DNA from: a virus
Length of the DNA stretch: 64,000 nt
Strand: one strand, 5' to 3'
IMG/VR virus record: IMGVR_UViG_3300032267_001142
Coordinates: 96,001-160,000 of that record
Position numbers and translations under genes: made by a program. The first letter of the stretch is position 1; every line of letters begins with the position of its first letter. The notes under the pieces were generated by a model. That model saw only the letters and a list, made by a program, of their open reading frames with translations. It searched no databases and had not been told where the DNA came from. Positions 61,160 to 64,000 of the stretch are shown here, piece after piece.

Positions 61160-63310
61160 ATGATTCCTACCACTTCCGACGTGCCGAAAGTCTCTAGCTT
61201 CGGTCTCGCTTCTGCTCCGGTATCTTTCTCGATTCAGGCGAACAAAGCGGCATTCAAGATTTTGTCTAGCAATGTCTATACTGACAAAATCCTTGCCGTG
61301 TGCCGAGAGCTGTTCACTAATGGCTGGGACGCGCACATCGTAGCAGGAAACACAGACAAGGCTATCAAAGTCCATTTGCCTAATGCTCTGGAGCCTTTCT
61401 TTAGCATTCGCGACTTTGGAACCGGCCTTAGTCACGAGAACATGGAGGTTTTGTATAGCACTTATTTTTCTTCGACTAAGCGAGACAACAACTCCCAAAC
61501 TGGATGCCTCGGCATCGGAAGCAAAAGCCCATTCGCTTATACTGATTCATTTGAGGTAGTCTCCTATTATGATGGAAGAAAGCGTGTGTATGTGGCTTTT
61601 ACCGGCGACGACGGAGCACCAAAACTAAACCTTCTTAACGACGAAGACACGGAGGAAGATAATGGATTGGAAATTATCATCAGTGTCAACGCAACTGACT
61701 ATTCTTCATTTTCTGAAAAGCTCGCACAGGCTACGCGGTTCTTTCCTCTGCCTCCCGAAGTCGTCGGTGCCGCGAACTGGACTCCAGCGAGGTTGCCCGA
61801 CAAGACAATTGCGAGCGGCGAAGGGTGGGCAATTTACCCACACTATTTGAACAACATCAGGGGCGCGACGGTAGTGATGGGCAACATCGGCTATCCGATT
61901 AGCAATCTATACAGTCAGTCCGCAATTTCCCATACGCGGGGCGTCGATGATGTAATCAAAGCTCTTCTTGCCTCACCGTTGGTAGTCCGTGCCCCGCTCG
62001 GTTCCTTGGATATTGCGGCATCTCGTGAAGAGTTGTCTTTTGACCCAAAGACAGTCGCGACCCTGCGCGAGCTTCTATTGAAGGTCGCAGAGGACTTTAA
62101 GGTTCAGCTAGTTAAGGGGTTGAATTTGCTGCCGTGTCTTTGGGACGTAAGGAGCGAGATTTTGAAAATTACACGAGGTAATTGGTCACTTCGTACGGTT
62201 ATTGAGCACGAAGTAGTGAAAGGCACAACGATTAAAGACCTTTTGAATGCTTACTTTTCCTGTAATGGCACCCAGCACGTAACGCATTCGACGCGAAACC
62301 AATCAGGAATCAAAATCACTAAACGCTCTTCTTATGTCGGCGCGAATGATGGCACGGTCTTTCTCTATAGGAAGCCTACTGATACTAAAGTTATGTCGCG
62401 TATTGGCGCTTTCTTTAGCAAATCTTCGGAAAACGCCGCCAAGAGCATCATTCTAATCAACGGCGATGAAGTTAGCGAACAAGAAGCTATCAACGCATTC
62501 AAAATCACGCCCGCGCACATAATTCAAGTATCTTCACTGGATGTTCCCGCCCGCGCAATTCATTCCTATACCGGCGTCACGCCCACCGTCAGGTCCGTTG
62601 GCAATAATTTCTTTCAGTTCAGCGTTACTAATAACGTAGCTCATCAAAAAATGAGTAAAGCCGTCATTGACAAGTCTGTTCCTGAATTTTTCGTAATACA
62701 CGAGGGCGGTCGGTGTCTCGGTTCGAGAGGTTGGTGGGCTGATACGCTTCGTTTGGTTCCTTGGACTTCCGCCATCCGTGATTTCGGACTTGACGAACTG
62801 CTGACTAAGCGGGTGTTTTTAGTCACGAAGACTCAAGCAGAATCACTAAAAGAAGAAAACCCTGCGTGGACTAGCTTTGGCGAGTATGTCGTTACAAAAC
62901 TTGACACCTTCGCAAAGACTCAGCCCGATTACGAGCCGCGACTTGCGATTGCGAAACGTATCCCAAGTGGTCGTGGATTAGTCATCTCAATTTTCCAATC
63001 GTTCAAGAAAGCTGGGATTCCTCTTCCGTCCGCTTATGCTGGACTTGAGGATAAGATACTTGACTATTACGGAACTAGCTCTTCTCCAGCTTGGAAGAAC
63101 CTTGTCCTGTGTTATCAGCGACTATCAAATTCCGACTATTCTTATGCGCCGAAGCTATGGGCAGATGCCAATAGAGATGTCTATTCTCGTTTGTTTAACG
63201 ATTATCCGTTGCTGAGCGTCATGGAAGGATATCGTCTATCTGAAAAGGCTATCGACGATATTCGTGATTACATGATAGCCTTGGACAAAATGCGCTCGAC
63301 AAAATCCTAA
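61160..63310 (+). CDS. rIIA: RIIA-like protein with N-terminal GHKL/HATPase domain
   Basis: AF.ILS..VYTDK..A.CREL.TN..DAH, IRDFG.GL, STK...G.LG.GSK.PFAY. Confidence 0.85.
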   Translation: MIPTTSDVPKVSSFGLASAPVSFSIQANKAAFKILSSNVYTDKILAVCRELFTNGWDAHIVAGNTDKAIKVHLPNALEPFFSIRDFGTGLSHENMEVLYSTYFSSTKRDNNSQTGCLGIGSKSPFAYTDSFEVVSYYDGRKRVYVAFTGDDGAPKLNLLNDEDTEEDNGLEIIISVNATDYSSFSEKLAQATRFFPLPPEVVGAANWTPARLPDKTIASGEGWAIYPHYLNNIRGATVVMGNIGYPISNLYSQSAISHTRGVDDVIKALLASPLVVRAPLGSLDIAASREELSFDPKTVATLRELLLKVAEDFKVQLVKGLNLLPCLWDVRSEILKITRGNWSLRTVIEHEVVKGTTIKDLLNAYFSCNGTQHVTHSTRNQSGIKITKRSSYVGANDGTVFLYRKPTDTKVMSRIGAFFSKSSENAAKSIILINGDEVSEQEAINAFKITPAHIIQVSSLDVPARAIHSYTGVTPTVRSVGNNFFQFSVTNNVAHQKMSKAVIDKSVPEFFVIHEGGRCLGSRGWWADTLRLVPWTSAIRDFGLDELLTKRVFLVTKTQAESLKEENPAWTSFGEYVVTKLDTFAKTQPDYEPRLAIAKRIPSGRGLVISIFQSFKKAGIPLPSAYAGLEDKILDYYGTSSSPAWKNLVLCYQRLSNSDYSYAPKLWADANRDVYSRLFNDYPLLSVMEGYRLSEKAIDDIRDYMIALDKMRSTKS

Positions 63311-63331
63311 AAGCTGAGAAACTAGAAAAAC

Positions 63332-63841
63332 ATGCACCTACTCCCTACTATTGTTGGCGACATCCTCGACCCGTCTTTGAATATCGACTGCATTTTGCAT
63401 CAAGCGAATATCTACCACAGGTTCGGCGGCGGATTGGCGGCGCAAATCGCCAAGCGCTATCCAGAGGCACTGGAAGCAGACCGTGCGACGGGCTATGGAG
63501 ACGAATCCAAACTAGGCTCTTTCTCTGTGGCACGCGTGCCGGTCGCCGATGAAGTTTCGGGCGCGACTGTAAGCGAGCTTCGTATCTTCAACATTTACTC
63601 CCAAATTGGGATGAGCGAAACTTCCTACGACTACATGCGTATGGCCCTTGTCAAGGTCTCCGAACACTTGGAAGGTCTGAGGCTCGGCGAGTGGCGTGGG
63701 CAAAAATATCGGGTCGCCATTCCTTACAATCTCGGATGCGGTATCGCCGATGGTAATTTCAATGTAGTGCAAGCTATCGTAAAAGAATATCTTGGGCATG
63801 ACGGTTCGGTGTTTATCGTCAGGCGTCCGTGCGACTTTTAA
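63332..63841 (+). CDS. Macro domain protein
   Basis: GDIL...I.HQAN....FGGG.A.QI...YP, N.YSQ, IPY..GCG.A.G. Confidence 0.88.
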   Translation: MHLLPTIVGDILDPSLNIDCILHQANIYHRFGGGLAAQIAKRYPEALEADRATGYGDESKLGSFSVARVPVADEVSGATVSELRIFNIYSQIGMSETSYDYMRMALVKVSEHLEGLRLGEWRGQKYRVAIPYNLGCGIADGNFNVVQAIVKEYLGHDGSVFIVRRPCDF

Positions 63842-63880
63842 TGCGTTGACTTCCGTTGCAAAACTCGATAAAATAACAAA

Positions 63881-64000
63881 ATGACCAACCCGACAAATCT
63901 AGCTTACATCGTTTCCGGTAGCGGAATCATCTCAGGAACAGCAAAAGGCAAGCGCTTCTCCGTAGGTAAGGAGCACGCGAACTATTCGGTAATCATCGAA
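63881..64000 (+). CDS. Probable RIIB N-terminus (runs off window end)
   Basis: MTNPTNLAYIVSGSGII...GKRFSVGKEHANYSVII; follows rIIA. Confidence 0.5.
   Translation, partial: MTNPTNLAYIVSGSGIISGTAKGKRFSVGKEHANYSVIIE

Noticed and set aside
1-64000. Genome-wide TAG reassignment (code 15) suggested by the CUA tRNA
   Set aside because: Long genes are intact in code 11, and TAG terminates many genes right before the next start; recoding limited to genes outside the window remains possible

Overview
A 64-kb segment of a large lytic dsDNA phage genome, read in the standard genetic code; the host cannot be determined from the sequence. Left arm (1-11.2 kb, minus strand): glycosylation genes (Gmd-like, four GT2, one GT4), class Ia ribonucleotide reductase with a mini-intein at the catalytic Cys, a sigma factor and dNTP enzymes. 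After a divergent promoter region the plus strand carries RNA/DNA ligases, an ABC-ATPase-GNAT / MazG / class II aaRS-like / frameshifted NADAR cluster, a kinase-phosphoesterase pair, NAD+ salvage (NadM-Nudix + NAMPT), thyA and denV. From 30.8 to 45.7 kb lies an array of 53 hand-folded CCA-ending tRNA genes plus one degenerate copy. They cover all 20 amino acids and include an amber (CUA) suppressor, and they are interspersed with HNH genes and unassigned structured RNAs, including a promoter-driven ~970-nt ORF-free RNA. None of the tRNAs has the canonical TTC T-loop. Most carry an A18/G55 elbow, with position 19-56 covariation in the exceptions. Further right are a third RNA ligase, an RNase P RNA with a reduced specificity domain, a tmRNA with a 26-codon tag, methyltransferases and rIIA-macro-rIIB. 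The strongest candidate for an undescribed system is this self-contained non-canonical tRNA apparatus (elbow-recoded tRNAs, own RNase P, tmRNA, RNA repair), together with the large ncRNA. All RNA structures were folded by eye and all protein calls are motif-based; no database searches were run.
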